Shown: piece by piece, positions 36,817-46,120 of the stretch
Layout: every line of letters begins with the position of its first letter
How positions within the stretch are numbered: position 1 is the first letter of the stretch
From: a virus
Taxonomy: Duplodnaviria; Caudoviricetes
Length of the DNA stretch: 47,555 bases
Strand: one strand, 5' to 3'
IMG/VR virus record: IMGVR_UViG_3300010376_000051
Location: 1 to 47,555 of that record
Made by a program: the position numbers and the translations under genes
The notes under the pieces: model-generated
What the model saw: the letters and a program-made list of their open reading frames with translations, nothing else
The model's database searches: none
Told to the model about the DNA's origin: nothing

Positions 36817-37160
36817 TATCCATTTATCCCCAACTTCTTGTGAGCCAGTATATGCTCATTTGCATGGAGAAACCATATAAATTCGGCTTCTGAGGGGTCG
36901 TCGAAATTGATGCCGGTGAAATCGTTGCCCCCGATGTGGAGGATGTTGTCCATTTGGTTGTGCATGAACTGGTGGCGGAGCAGGAAGCTCCCGTAGTCGG
37001 TCTGCGGTAGAGGGTCCAGAACGTAAACGGACAAGTGGCGAGCATTCCGCTTCGCTCGAAGGGCGTCTACAATGAGTTGATGCGAAGCGGCATTGGAGAA
37101 CGTCCACTCGTTCAGATCGCTTTGCGATCGAGGGATGTTATAGAGCAGAGCGACGCTCAC
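36816..37160 (-). CDS. Hypothetical virion-associated protein
   Basis: Coupled at both ends; His-rich helices. Confidence 0.65.
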   Translation of the reverse strand: MSVALLYNIPRSQSDLNEWTFSNAASHQLIVDALRAKRNARHLSVYVLDPLPQTDYGSFLLRHQFMHNQMDNILHIGGNDFTGINFDDPSEAEFIWFLHANEHILAHKKLGING

Positions 37161-39445
37161 ACTTTTAGCCTTCGCGGGTTTTGCTGGAGGATTTCGTGCT
37201 TGACCAACACAAAATCGGGTGATGTTGATGTCATGGTGAAACCGATGCAGAAGCCCAAGCTGTCAGGTACCACGGAGCGGCCCCAATATGTAAGAGGACT
37301 AGCTTGCTGCGCGCTAGCGAATGGACCCTGAGTTACTGCTTGGGAGCTTGACTCGGTATCGATGGTGAAATTGAGTGAGACTACGTGATTGGTAGCAGCC
37401 CACAAGGCATACATCTGGAGCGGCTTCTTTTCCTGAAGGATGGTGGGCTCGCTGCCGAGGCGGGATTGAAGGGTTTTTGTCGTTGAGTGAGTAGTTTGGG
37501 CGAAGAGGGGCCACACTGTTGTGCCATCCGACCCGTAAGCGTTGATGTCGCTGCCCCATTCTAGAGTTTTCATCAACGTCAAGCTGACACTTGGGGTGGC
37601 TGTCCACCATCGTTTGCCATCCCATAAAAATATGGCATTACGCTGAGAGCCACTGATCGGGTCGATTATAGGTAGCAACAATGCGTAAACGTGAACACCG
37701 AATATGGTGGCGATCGCGGACTGTGGACCCTGGGGCATCGCGTTTAGCCACTGGTTCACACCTACTGAGTTGAATACACCGTCCAGGGGAGTCGAGATTT
37801 TCTGGACCGCGCCACCGTATATGGCGTGGACCCCAAAGGAGTTGACCATGACCAAGGCGCGGCTATAGACGGTACAGCTATCCCGATATGGGGAGCCGAT
37901 TTGGGGGTCGATGTTAAGGTTGCTGAATGTGGTTATAGGAGGAGAACCGCTGGTCTGCACTCCCGAGATGTAATTGACCGAACTGTCCCCTATTAGATAC
38001 AGGAAACCATTGCTTTCGAGTAGGCGGGTAATCTGATAGCGGAGGATGCTGTCGGTAACGGGGAATACACCGGCACCATCCGGAGGACCGAAGTCACTGA
38101 CCGTGTTGGGAGCGCTAAAGAAGGTCTTCACCCGTTGGAAAGTGGTGCTGATCCACACGATGCTTTCATAGACTTCGACGGTGTTGCCGCTCACACCGAA
38201 TGGCATGAGTTGGATCACCGCGGCGGCCGGTCCACTCGTGGCGATGAAACCTACAGTGACCGCACCGGTCGCTGTTGGGTATCCTGCACCGGTGAATGTT
38301 TGCGGTTGGTTCCCGAGCAAGACGGATGTTATGGTGCCTGCGCCACTGAGAACAGCAGTGCCTGTTGCGCCAGAGCCTGTCGCAGCCAGGAATATCACTT
38401 GGGGTGATGCACCATAACCGCTACCAATCGCGGTCATCGTCACCGAGGTAATGACGCCATTCTGGACGGTCGCGGCGCCCTGGAAGTTCATACCACCACC
38501 ACCAGATGTGGCGATGCTGGGATTAGAGTAACCGTGACCCGGCGACACTACCGTCAATTGCGATATCACTCCACCACTAATCCCGGTCACTATTATGCTA
38601 GCACCGGTTCCTGTAGCATCAGTGATAACTATCGTGGGGATGGAAGTGAACCCTGAGCCGCCGTTAATGATGAAGGCGCCGGTTATACAGCCGTTTTGGA
38701 CTACCGCTGTTCCGTATGCGCTGCTTCCAGATCCACCACCTGTGAATGTCAACAGTGCTTTCGGCGCATCGGATGCGACCCACCCTGAACCCGCTGAGTT
38801 TGGGGTTACGAGAGTGACACCGCCGTTGGCGATAGTCGCGGTGAATGTAGCGCCGCTGCCCGATCCCCCCACAATTCCCACAGTGGGTGGGCTGGTGTAA
38901 CCAGTGCCCGGCGACTGCAACGTAACCTCGGGTCCGATAGTCCCCGCCGAATACAGAACCGCACCATCCCAAATCCAGTAGTCGTTCTTGTCCGCGTCGG
39001 AAGTGAACAACAAGTAGACTGTGCCATACTGCCGCATAGCGGGGATGTGCGCTGCGGCAGTAGGAAACGTACCAGCGGGCGCGATGGCATAGGTCGTTTG
39101 AGGGAGATTGATCAGTTTCCCCTGCGCACTACCATCGCTCAGCAGCGCAACAATCGATGGACCATTGTTGACACCACCGGGCTGCAAGCCGAAGAAGTCG
39201 TAGTCCAGGATTGTCAGACCCATGGGGGCAATATACGCGGCAGCATCGATATCTGGCATGGCCCGCAGATTGTTGGGGCCAATCGGCATCATGTTGTCGC
39301 ACCACGCGCAGTGTTGAGGATCAACACCCGACCGCGGCGGTTTTGTGTCAATACCCTCCCATCCTGCGAACTCGACTACGTCCGCATTCTCGGGAAGACC
39401 AGGGGTTGGCTGGGGCGCTGCTGCTAGAGACGTACTGCGCGCCAT
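37157..39445 (-). CDS. Tail nozzle / tubular protein B-like, with inserted GxGY repeats
   Basis: FAGWEGIDT start, beta-propeller-like segments, QKISTPLD; position after the adaptor genes. Confidence 0.7.
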   Translation of the reverse strand: MARSTSLAAAPQPTPGLPENADVVEFAGWEGIDTKPPRSGVDPQHCAWCDNMMPIGPNNLRAMPDIDAAAYIAPMGLTILDYDFFGLQPGGVNNGPSIVALLSDGSAQGKLINLPQTTYAIAPAGTFPTAAAHIPAMRQYGTVYLLFTSDADKNDYWIWDGAVLYSAGTIGPEVTLQSPGTGYTSPPTVGIVGGSGSGATFTATIANGGVTLVTPNSAGSGWVASDAPKALLTFTGGGSGSSAYGTAVVQNGCITGAFIINGGSGFTSIPTIVITDATGTGASIIVTGISGGVISQLTVVSPGHGYSNPSIATSGGGGMNFQGAATVQNGVITSVTMTAIGSGYGASPQVIFLAATGSGATGTAVLSGAGTITSVLLGNQPQTFTGAGYPTATGAVTVGFIATSGPAAAVIQLMPFGVSGNTVEVYESIVWISTTFQRVKTFFSAPNTVSDFGPPDGAGVFPVTDSILRYQITRLLESNGFLYLIGDSSVNYISGVQTSGSPPITTFSNLNIDPQIGSPYRDSCTVYSRALVMVNSFGVHAIYGGAVQKISTPLDGVFNSVGVNQWLNAMPQGPQSAIATIFGVHVYALLLPIIDPISGSQRNAIFLWDGKRWWTATPSVSLTLMKTLEWGSDINAYGSDGTTVWPLFAQTTHSTTKTLQSRLGSEPTILQEKKPLQMYALWAATNHVVSLNFTIDTESSSQAVTQGPFASAQQASPLTYWGRSVVPDSLGFCIGFTMTSTSPDFVLVKHEILQQNPRRLKV

Positions 39446-39446
39446 C

Positions 39447-39719
39447 TCAGAGGTCTACCCCCATTTTTATCAACGTATCTTTCACCCGTTGGATTTGCTG
39501 CTTGATAAATGGAAGCACTATCTCGGGTGTGAGTTGGATGACCACTTCAGTATTTTGGGCAGGAGTGCCAGGGACTGGTGCATAGCCATGGGCCATGTCC
39601 GCAACCATAAGACGGGCCTGCTTGAAGACGTGGGGCTCAGCTCGCATCTCAGCGTCCAGCCACAACTTCAGCTCCTTCTCCAGTTCGGATGCTCGCTGGA
39701 GGTCATTTATGTGCATCAC
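39447..39719 (-). CDS. Hypothetical protein
   Basis: Coupled ORF between adaptor and nozzle. Confidence 0.65.
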   Translation of the reverse strand: MMHINDLQRASELEKELKLWLDAEMRAEPHVFKQARLMVADMAHGYAPVPGTPAQNTEVVIQLTPEIVLPFIKQQIQRVKDTLIKMGVDL

Positions 39720-40681
39720 ACGCGACCATAGTAGCTGCTGACCGTGCCGGGCTGAGCGAATGCCCTAGCGCGACGCATGTGAACTTGAAACAACCCGCCC
39801 GTTCTGTCGTTGAAGTAGGTCTGAGCCAATGGGAGCATTTGTGGCACTTCCGCGGATCTGCTCATTAGCGCCAAGTGAGCAGCGTAGAAGGGCACTGCTT
39901 TGGTCCAAGGCTCGGGGATCGCTTCATAGATGGTTTCATCAGTCAAATCCACGGGCAGGCAAAGACAGTCCCATTGCATTTGGTATGGTTGATCAGGCAA
40001 GGGGTACATCTTCAGACTACCTGCCACACCCTGCCCAAACTGGCATACCCACACAGGAGGTGCATAGAAGGATGCCACGTATTGACGGATCATGGCTTGG
40101 TATTTGCTGAATGAAACGGATGAACGAGACCACTGCCAGTTATTCCATACGAAGCTAACGCTTCGCACTGATAGGATGCTTCGAATGCCGGGGAATGGAG
40201 TTAGATCGATGTTTTTGAAGTAGTAGGTCTCCTGACCAAATACGGTTGTGTTTGATGGTGATATAGTGGCTATCAAAGCGCCGCCAGTACCCGCACTATC
40301 GCTTACCGTCACAGTGGGTTGAAAATAGCCTGCACCGCCGAATGTCACACTGGCGTTGCTTAGACTACCGCCCACTTGTTGGACAGTGCCTAGCGCCTGC
40401 GCTCCCCTGGGGAACGGTAGATCCCCGCTAGGCGCATCTGGTGCCGAGATGGCCACGACCGGATTGACGTATCCATGACCCGGTGTGACTACTTGTAGCT
40501 GAAGCACCTGCCCCGCACACGGTGTTAGTAGGCGGATGCATTGACCTTGAGCTGCCACTTCCGCACGGGCCGTATTGATGAACGCCAGCAGGTCGTCGAT
40601 GTTGTAGAGGGCTTCATGTTGGTCATACCCGACCAGTCGCTGGACCTCTTTGAGGTAGTAAGTGTAGGGGGCGTCGGTCAT
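39716..40681 (-). CDS. Head-tail adaptor / tubular protein A-like, paralogue 2 with an insertion
   Basis: FINTAR..VA...IR; YPLPDQPY; IPEPWTKAVPFYAAHLAL. Confidence 0.7.
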   Translation of the reverse strand: MTDAPYTYYLKEVQRLVGYDQHEALYNIDDLLAFINTARAEVAAQGQCIRLLTPCAGQVLQLQVVTPGHGYVNPVVAISAPDAPSGDLPFPRGAQALGTVQQVGGSLSNASVTFGGAGYFQPTVTVSDSAGTGGALIATISPSNTTVFGQETYYFKNIDLTPFPGIRSILSVRSVSFVWNNWQWSRSSVSFSKYQAMIRQYVASFYAPPVWVCQFGQGVAGSLKMYPLPDQPYQMQWDCLCLPVDLTDETIYEAIPEPWTKAVPFYAAHLALMSRSAEVPQMLPLAQTYFNDRTGGLFQVHMRRARAFAQPGTVSSYYGRV

Positions 40682-41412
40682 CGTTGTCCACCGGGCTGAC
40701 CCGTCAGCGGCATATTGGCCGAAGCGCCAGTAGCACCAGTATTACCAGGATACTGCCGGGGCAACCGAGATGGCGTGGTCATCTGAGTGGCCCGCCACTC
40801 AAACAACTGGTAGCGGTCGAACATCATCGTTGCGTCGGAGTAGCGTTGAGCGTTTAGAAGGGCCAGATAGGCGGCGTAGTATTGGATGGCTTCAGTCCAC
40901 GGCGCAGGGATCAGTTCAATTTCTGTGGGAGCGCCCGTCAACGCAATCGGATACTGGACGCTGTCCAAGCCGATCGTGTAAGGCATATCTGGTACCGGAT
41001 CGAAGTACAGCGAGCCCCCGATGCCAGGATTAAGCTGGGCCGCCATAGTGGGCAGCCCAGGATTGTTGATGATCTGGCACAACCGGAATGTAAAGAAGTA
41101 CTCCCACGGTCGCATTTCGATGCGACGCCACCCGGCTGGCGGTCCCACAAGGACTTGCACCCGAGCCATCCTGACCGATAGAAGGCCAGCAACACCTGTG
41201 GGGAGGCCAGTGGCAGCCGTAAATAGGGCTGACTGTTGGGCAGCGGCAAGCGACAGGGTCGCTTGGCCCCGGATACTTTCCGAGGCACCAGCGATTTGGA
41301 CGCGAGCGTCGTTGATGTACGTGTTTAGATTGGCGACCGTATATTCTACGGCGCCGAAGTCATCTAGCAGTGATTGGACTTGGGCCTGATAGCCGGGGAG
41401 CGGTGAGGCCAT
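40678..41412 (-). CDS. Head-tail adaptor / tubular protein A-like, paralogue 1
   Basis: YINDAR..IA...IR; FDPVPDMPY; IPAPWTEAIQYYAAYLAL. Confidence 0.72.
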   Translation of the reverse strand: MASPLPGYQAQVQSLLDDFGAVEYTVANLNTYINDARVQIAGASESIRGQATLSLAAAQQSALFTAATGLPTGVAGLLSVRMARVQVLVGPPAGWRRIEMRPWEYFFTFRLCQIINNPGLPTMAAQLNPGIGGSLYFDPVPDMPYTIGLDSVQYPIALTGAPTEIELIPAPWTEAIQYYAAYLALLNAQRYSDATMMFDRYQLFEWRATQMTTPSRLPRQYPGNTGATGASANMPLTGQPGGQR

Positions 41413-41418
41413 CCATCC

Positions 41419-42300
41419 TCAGACCCATGCGCCGATGCTTTGGAGGATGATCGTATCACTAGCCGCGGTGGCGATGCCGAAGTTCACCGTCGCCGTCGCC
41501 GACGTTCCCGCACCCGCCACCGTCAGAGTGATGGACGACTGCGGAGTGCCGGGGTTGTCCAACACGACCGCCGTCAGCGTACCCGCACCGGTCAAAGTGC
41601 TAGTCAGCACCGGGATTGTGATCGAACCCAGCGTTGGGTCTTGAGGGTGGGGGATGACCTGCCACGTCGGGGCTGTCGAGTAGCCAGCACCTTGTGCAAC
41701 CACCGTCACCGAGTTGATCGCACCAGCCGACACGGTGCATGTCGCCGTGGCAGGCACCCCACCAAGCGCCGTCGCCGTGGAGGGCAGACCCGTAAGCATC
41801 GGAGGCGGGGCAGTGGCGACCAGCGTCGGGGCGAAGGTAAAGTTGGTTCCACCAGTCGTGCCCTTGGGATCAGCACCGATCGTAACAGTGTTGCTGATCT
41901 GACCGCCGATGATGCCATGCCACAGCGACCCGCCCTGGTTCGACGTGATGGTGGTCGAACTCTGGACATAACCCGATCCGGCGCCGGTGACGTTGCCCGA
42001 AACGGGCACGCCTTTCGGGTTCAGGATGCGGATGTTGGCTCCATCCCCGTTGACGATGCCTGTCCGGGCAATGGCCGTGGCGGCTACCGAAGTGGGCTGC
42101 CACATGCCCGTGACTGGATCGAGGAACTGGAGGCAGCAGAACGATCCAAGGTCGTAGTACCACCAACCCGCCGGTACTAGAATGACGTTGCCGGCCGCCA
42201 GCGCGATTGAGTTCGACTGCGGCTGGACCGCGAAGTTGGTCGGCAGGCCGGGAGTTACCGGCTGGGGGAATGGAAGGCCGATGCCCTGACCAGCAATCAT
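41419..42300 (-). CDS. Virion structural protein (decoration-like)
   Basis: Directly after the capsid gene; Thr/Gly/Ala-rich beta protein with GSGY/GAGY modules; no signal peptide. Confidence 0.6.
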   Translation of the reverse strand: MIAGQGIGLPFPQPVTPGLPTNFAVQPQSNSIALAAGNVILVPAGWWYYDLGSFCCLQFLDPVTGMWQPTSVAATAIARTGIVNGDGANIRILNPKGVPVSGNVTGAGSGYVQSSTTITSNQGGSLWHGIIGGQISNTVTIGADPKGTTGGTNFTFAPTLVATAPPPMLTGLPSTATALGGVPATATCTVSAGAINSVTVVAQGAGYSTAPTWQVIPHPQDPTLGSITIPVLTSTLTGAGTLTAVVLDNPGTPQSSITLTVAGAGTSATATVNFGIATAASDTIILQSIGAWV

Positions 42301-42311
42301 CTCAAACTACC

Positions 42312-43337
42312 TCAAAACGGTGCGCCGGTGATGCCGGTGAAGATCGCTCCACTCACCGGCTTGGTGGTGATGACATTATAACCCGTGTAGGCCACGCCCA
42401 CCAAGGCTAGCTGCCCCAAGGGAACCAACGAATAGAAGCCAGTGAAATCCCACTGCGCATCCTCGCTGATGTACATAGCAGTGTACTTGGAATTGAACAT
42501 GATGGCAGTCCCGGTTGGACAGTAGTAGTCCAGATAGAAGGGGACGCCGTTGATGTTAACGTTGGGGAACCCAGAGCGGATCGTTGTGTCAAGATCGAAG
42601 TTGCGACCGGGGAACACGTTGATCTGCTCGACCCCAATGAATTGGGCGGCCAAAACGGCGAAATCGCCGGGCGACATGATGACTGCGTCGGGCACTTCAC
42701 CCCCGGCCAGCTTCGTCACCTGAATAAGGTAGGTGGACCATGCCGACCGGGTGTTGTTGGCGGCGACACTGGTGAACTTGTTGCCAGCCCAGAAGGTGTT
42801 GCCCGTGGCCGTGCGGGTGATGCCCCCGTAGGTGGGGACGGCAGAGCCATCGTCCATCGCTTCGATGAAACCCTGGGGCATCAGGGGCATCGCCGAGTTG
42901 TTCGTGAACAAGGCAGTGGCGAATTGGTTCGCCATCACCGCGTACACATCATTCATCCGAACGTCCAGGATCGGGACGATCGCCTCGGTGCTTTGGATGA
43001 AGGCTTCACCCATCACCAGCGGCACTGGAACGGTGTAGTAGGAGAGCATCCACTGCGCAGGCTGGACACCAGGGATGATCTGGGGCTTGTTGAAATTGCC
43101 CGCGTAGCCAGCCCACTGTCCCTGGACCATCGATTGGCCCTGCACAGGTGCTGTGATCTGGTTCAAGCCGCCTGCCGCCCTTTGAGCGGCTCCCATCAAC
43201 ATGAACAGTGAAGGCGAGCTTTGGTAGAGCTGCACCACAACCGTGTCCATGTACGCCCTTCGGGTGAGGGCGTTCAACTCAGTGAAGACGGGACCTGTCG
43301 GGGGGGCGATACCGGTGCCTGCTAATGGGAAAGCCAC
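42312..43337 (-). CDS. Major capsid protein
   Basis: 341 aa after a scaffold-like gene. ELNALTRRAY, YGGITR...FW, PDAVIMSP, SGFPNVNINGVPFYLDYYCP, FNSKY are HK97-fold capsid patterns. Confidence 0.85.
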   Translation of the reverse strand: MAFPLAGTGIAPPTGPVFTELNALTRRAYMDTVVVQLYQSSPSLFMLMGAAQRAAGGLNQITAPVQGQSMVQGQWAGYAGNFNKPQIIPGVQPAQWMLSYYTVPVPLVMGEAFIQSTEAIVPILDVRMNDVYAVMANQFATALFTNNSAMPLMPQGFIEAMDDGSAVPTYGGITRTATGNTFWAGNKFTSVAANNTRSAWSTYLIQVTKLAGGEVPDAVIMSPGDFAVLAAQFIGVEQINVFPGRNFDLDTTIRSGFPNVNINGVPFYLDYYCPTGTAIMFNSKYTAMYISEDAQWDFTGFYSLVPLGQLALVGVAYTGYNVITTKPVSGAIFTGITGAPF

Positions 43338-43350
43338 TGCCTTCGTGCTC

Positions 43351-44016
43351 CTATGCCGCCGGTTTCAGCGAGCGGCCAAACTCGTCGATCTCGCCGCGCC
43401 GCAATTGCTGTAACATCTGGGGAATTCTCTTTTGGCGATATTTGAGAGGATCGGAGAGGCGCAACTTCATATCCGCCGCGCTATCTTCGGTCTCGGCCTT
43501 GAACCAGTCCAGATTGCCACCCCTGATCGCAGGTAGATCCGTTTCGGTCGGCGGGTTGCGATCCCGCCACAGCAGGAATGCTGCCTGATAACTGGGGATC
43601 TCTTCGTCTTGCATGATGCGCTCGACGCTTTTTACGCCCTCGTCGTCGAGCTTCTTGTCCCGGCGTAGCCACGACCGCCCTTGCTCGACAGTTTTGGTTG
43701 CCCGCATCTCGCGATCCTTGGTCTCGCGCTCTTCGTCCTTTTTCTTCAGCGCTTCGATGAATTCGTCTTGCTTCTTTTCCATAGCGGCGATCCGGTCATA
43801 AGCCGGCTTGGCCGCATCGATTTCAGGAATTGGGAGGTCAGGGTACTCTTCCTTCACCAACTCTAGCCACTTAGACCGGCGAGGCCCATTCTGGATCTTT
43901 TGCAGTTCCGCCATCGTCTTCGCTGACTGAGCGAAAGCAACAGTTCGGTCCTGGAACTTGATCCCATTCTGGGACATCGCAGCGGCAGTGGCGTCGTCGA
44001 TTTCGATCAGAGGCAT
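43351..44016 (-). CDS. Capsid scaffolding protein (putative)
   Basis: Highly charged helical protein immediately upstream of the capsid gene. Confidence 0.7.
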   Translation of the reverse strand: MPLIEIDDATAAAMSQNGIKFQDRTVAFAQSAKTMAELQKIQNGPRRSKWLELVKEEYPDLPIPEIDAAKPAYDRIAAMEKKQDEFIEALKKKDEERETKDREMRATKTVEQGRSWLRRDKKLDDEGVKSVERIMQDEEIPSYQAAFLLWRDRNPPTETDLPAIRGGNLDWFKAETEDSAADMKLRLSDPLKYRQKRIPQMLQQLRRGEIDEFGRSLKPAA

Positions 44017-44022
44017 TTTGGG

Positions 44023-44505
44023 CTACTCGATGTACATGATGGTGCCGATGGCGGTGCCCGTATAGGACAGCGACAAGGCGCGAACAGCGACACCATTGAG
44101 AGCGGTGTTGGGAATGATGATGTTGTCACCATCGTCGAGGGCGCGCCACCTGAACGTTCCGCGCTGGTTCAGAGCGGGGTTCAACATGCTCAGACCAGAG
44201 CCTGCGGCTGCGATAGCGGCTGGCTCACTGGTGAGGTTGTTGTTGAAGGTGGCAAGCGAGGCTGGATCGGCACCGTCCAAGGGGTTCGGGACGAAAGCAG
44301 TGCCGGTGATGAGCGATGTTGACGTGAACCGGGAGACATCGGGCAGGACTTGGGTGTCGTTTGTGGTGTTGAGCGCACCCGCCAACCCGAAGACGATTTC
44401 GTAGATGCCGATCCGGCGCGTCGTACCGCCAGTCTGCAACGCACCAAGCGACTTGTACGCCGTGCTGACAGTACCTTGTAAAAGTTGTGCAGCGTAGCGG
44501 GGCAT
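44023..44505 (-). CDS. Hypothetical structural protein (beta-rich)
   Basis: Clean ORF in the head cluster. Confidence 0.65.
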   Translation of the reverse strand: MPRYAAQLLQGTVSTAYKSLGALQTGGTTRRIGIYEIVFGLAGALNTTNDTQVLPDVSRFTSTSLITGTAFVPNPLDGADPASLATFNNNLTSEPAAIAAAGSGLSMLNPALNQRGTFRWRALDDGDNIIIPNTALNGVAVRALSLSYTGTAIGTIMYIE

Positions 44506-44514
44506 CGGCGTCTC

Positions 44515-44679
44515 TTAACGGCTCGAAACGTGTTTGATGCTGATTTTTTCGTTCTTCATCAGCTTCGGCAGATGCGAGGCACGAGCGCCCATATCAGCCT
44601 GGGTCAAATTGACCCTCACGATCTTGGGATCGTCCTTCGGCACTGACGATGGCAAGTTGCCAAACATGTCCTTCGGCAT
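44515..44679 (-). CDS. Small hypothetical protein (54 aa, not in ORF track)
   Basis: AGGAG RBS; MPKDMFGNLPSSVPKDDPKIVRVN...KHVSSR-stop; fills the gap. Confidence 0.75.
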   Translation of the reverse strand: MPKDMFGNLPSSVPKDDPKIVRVNLTQADMGARASHLPKLMKNEKISIKHVSSR

Positions 44680-44688
44680 TTGGGTCTC

Positions 44689-45129
44689 CTAACCCGCTGG
44701 AATTGGTCCTGGCGGTGTTGGCGGTGGTGCACCCCCTGGGGCGCCACCTTGTCCCATCGCCGCCATAATGTTCATCATCGGAGCATTCTGCCGGTGTTGA
44801 AGCATGAATTGCTCCATACCCGCCCGTTCCATGCCCGGTGTCACTACTCCTTCGGGCAGTTGCTTGCCCAGAACTTCCAAGGCTTTCAGGATGGCTTGAC
44901 CCAACTCTGTTTCGGCGCCCATTCCTGGGGTGCCGATCGCCTTCTCCAGAAGTTGCTTCGCGTGTGAAATCAGGGCGACGCCTTCCCCTTGCAGTCCACG
45001 ATGAGGTACGGGTGCGCTGATTGGGGAGGAACCAAATGGTGGTTGACCCGGCAGCGTACCAGCACCCGCCACGGGCGACGGGGGACGACCGCCCATGGCT
45101 TGCAACAGTGCTGGATTAAGGGGAGGCAT
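44689..45129 (-). CDS. Pro/Gly/Met-rich head-cluster protein
   Basis: AAGGA RBS; low-complexity ends around a helical core (LLEKAI...ELGQAILKAL). Confidence 0.75.
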   Translation of the reverse strand: MPPLNPALLQAMGGRPPSPVAGAGTLPGQPPFGSSPISAPVPHRGLQGEGVALISHAKQLLEKAIGTPGMGAETELGQAILKALEVLGKQLPEGVVTPGMERAGMEQFMLQHRQNAPMMNIMAAMGQGGAPGGAPPPTPPGPIPAG

Positions 45130-45147
45130 CGTCCTTTGGTGCCGGCT

Positions 45148-45183
45148 TTAGCGCTTGTGCCGACGGTGCCGACGCTTCCGCAT
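45148..45183 (-). CDS. Arg-rich micropeptide MRKRRHRRHKR (11 aa)
   Basis: Strong GGAGGT RBS just upstream of the ATG; first ORF of the head cluster. Confidence 0.7.
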   Translation of the reverse strand: MRKRRHRRHKR

Positions 45184-45332
45184 CACAACCTCCGTTGGGT
45201 TTCACACACTCGGGCCTCAGAGGGTTCCTCGTTTCCACCACCCATCGGCATCGCCGCGGTAGCGCTCTCCAGGGGTCCGATCAGCCACAGAGCCTATATT
45301 TAAAGGCAAGCCTCCCATACACACATTCTTGC

Positions 45333-45361
45333 TTGCATTGTGATGTCGTTGCTGCTACATG
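45333..45361 (+). promoter_or_regulatory. Putative sigma70-type promoter for the HTH-KTSC pair
   Basis: TTGCAT, 17 nt, TACATG. Same -35 hexamer as at 470. ATG follows 8 nt later with no RBS. Confidence 0.45.
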
Positions 45362-45369
45362 ATGTACTC

Positions 45370-45603
45370 ATGACAAATCCATCAAACCCCGATTGGATCG
45401 GTGCCAAACAAGTCGCCGGCATGCTCGGCATCAACCTGCAAACATTATACAAGTGGCATAGAGAAGACCGAGCACCGCCATTCTGGGCAAGCGTAGGACC
45501 GAATGGTGCGGTGTGGAGACGCTATGAGAGATCAGAAGTAATTAAATGGATCGAGGCAGGAAGAGTGGAAGGCAAACATGGCCCAAATGGAACGGGTTCT
45601 TAG
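45370..45603 (+). CDS. AlpA / excisionase-like HTH regulator
   Basis: IGAKQVAGMLGINLQTLYKW...PP...RYERSEVIKWIE. Confidence 0.85.
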   Translation: MTNPSNPDWIGAKQVAGMLGINLQTLYKWHREDRAPPFWASVGPNGAVWRRYERSEVIKWIEAGRVEGKHGPNGTGS

Positions 45604-45811
45604 TTCGCACGTCCTGGATATCGGCTTCGCCGATGGAGAACTGCATGTGCGCTACGCGCCGACTGTGGCAGAGCCACAGGGACCCCTGGTCATCTACAAA
45701 GATGTACCCGCTGACGTAGCAGAGCAGGTTATGGGGTCACCTTCGGTGGGCGCGGCCCTCCATGCGAATGTCAGAGGCCGCTTCGACTTCCACTACCCGG
45801 AGCGCGCCTAG
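45578..45811 (+). CDS. KTSC domain protein
   Basis: MERVLSSHVLDIGF...LHVRY...YKDVP...SPSVGAALHANVRGRF. Confidence 0.85.
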   Translation: MAQMERVLSSHVLDIGFADGELHVRYAPTVAEPQGPLVIYKDVPADVAEQVMGSPSVGAALHANVRGRFDFHYPERA

Positions 45812-46095
45812 TGACTGACTCCTACCGAACCACCGTGAGCGTGCCCACCACCGATCGCAAAAGCATGGGGTGCTGACCGAGAACCCGAGAAGTCATACGG
45901 CGACCAATGAGACACGGCTTCGGTCTTCGACATATCGACCATTTTACCTGAGATACCACGTCCACTACCATTCACATGATACCCAACATCGCTATACGGG
46001 TGATCGCTTGGACGCCCTAAGAGCATTACTAAAATCACGAACGGGATCACGATTGTACCTATGAGACAGTTGTCTCCTTTGTCTCTATCATACAA
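45808..46095 (-). CDS. Possible small membrane-anchored protein
   Basis: One hydrophobic stretch and a Gly/His tail; start uncertain. Confidence 0.35.
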   Translation of the reverse strand: MYDRDKGDNCLIGTIVIPFVILVMLLGRPSDHPYSDVGYHVNGSGRGISGKMVDMSKTEAVSHWSPYDFSGSRSAPHAFAIGGGHAHGGSVGVSH

Positions 46096-46120
46096 CTCGT
46101 GACGCTTTTATGAAGATTGT

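Noticed and set aside
42300-42320. Programmed frameshift extending the capsid protein at CCG-TTT-TGA
   Set aside because: Both shifted frames hit stops within four codons and do not reach the next gene.
11400-45100. Numerous + strand ORFs of 60-250 aa opposite the late genes
   Set aside because: Antisense shadows of GC-rich, Gly/Ala/Thr-rich genes, with no RBS, coupling or motifs.
45210-45280. Structured leader RNA or riboswitch before the head cluster
   Set aside because: Some nested pairing is possible, but the wobble pairs favour different strands in different stems and I recognise no known motif.
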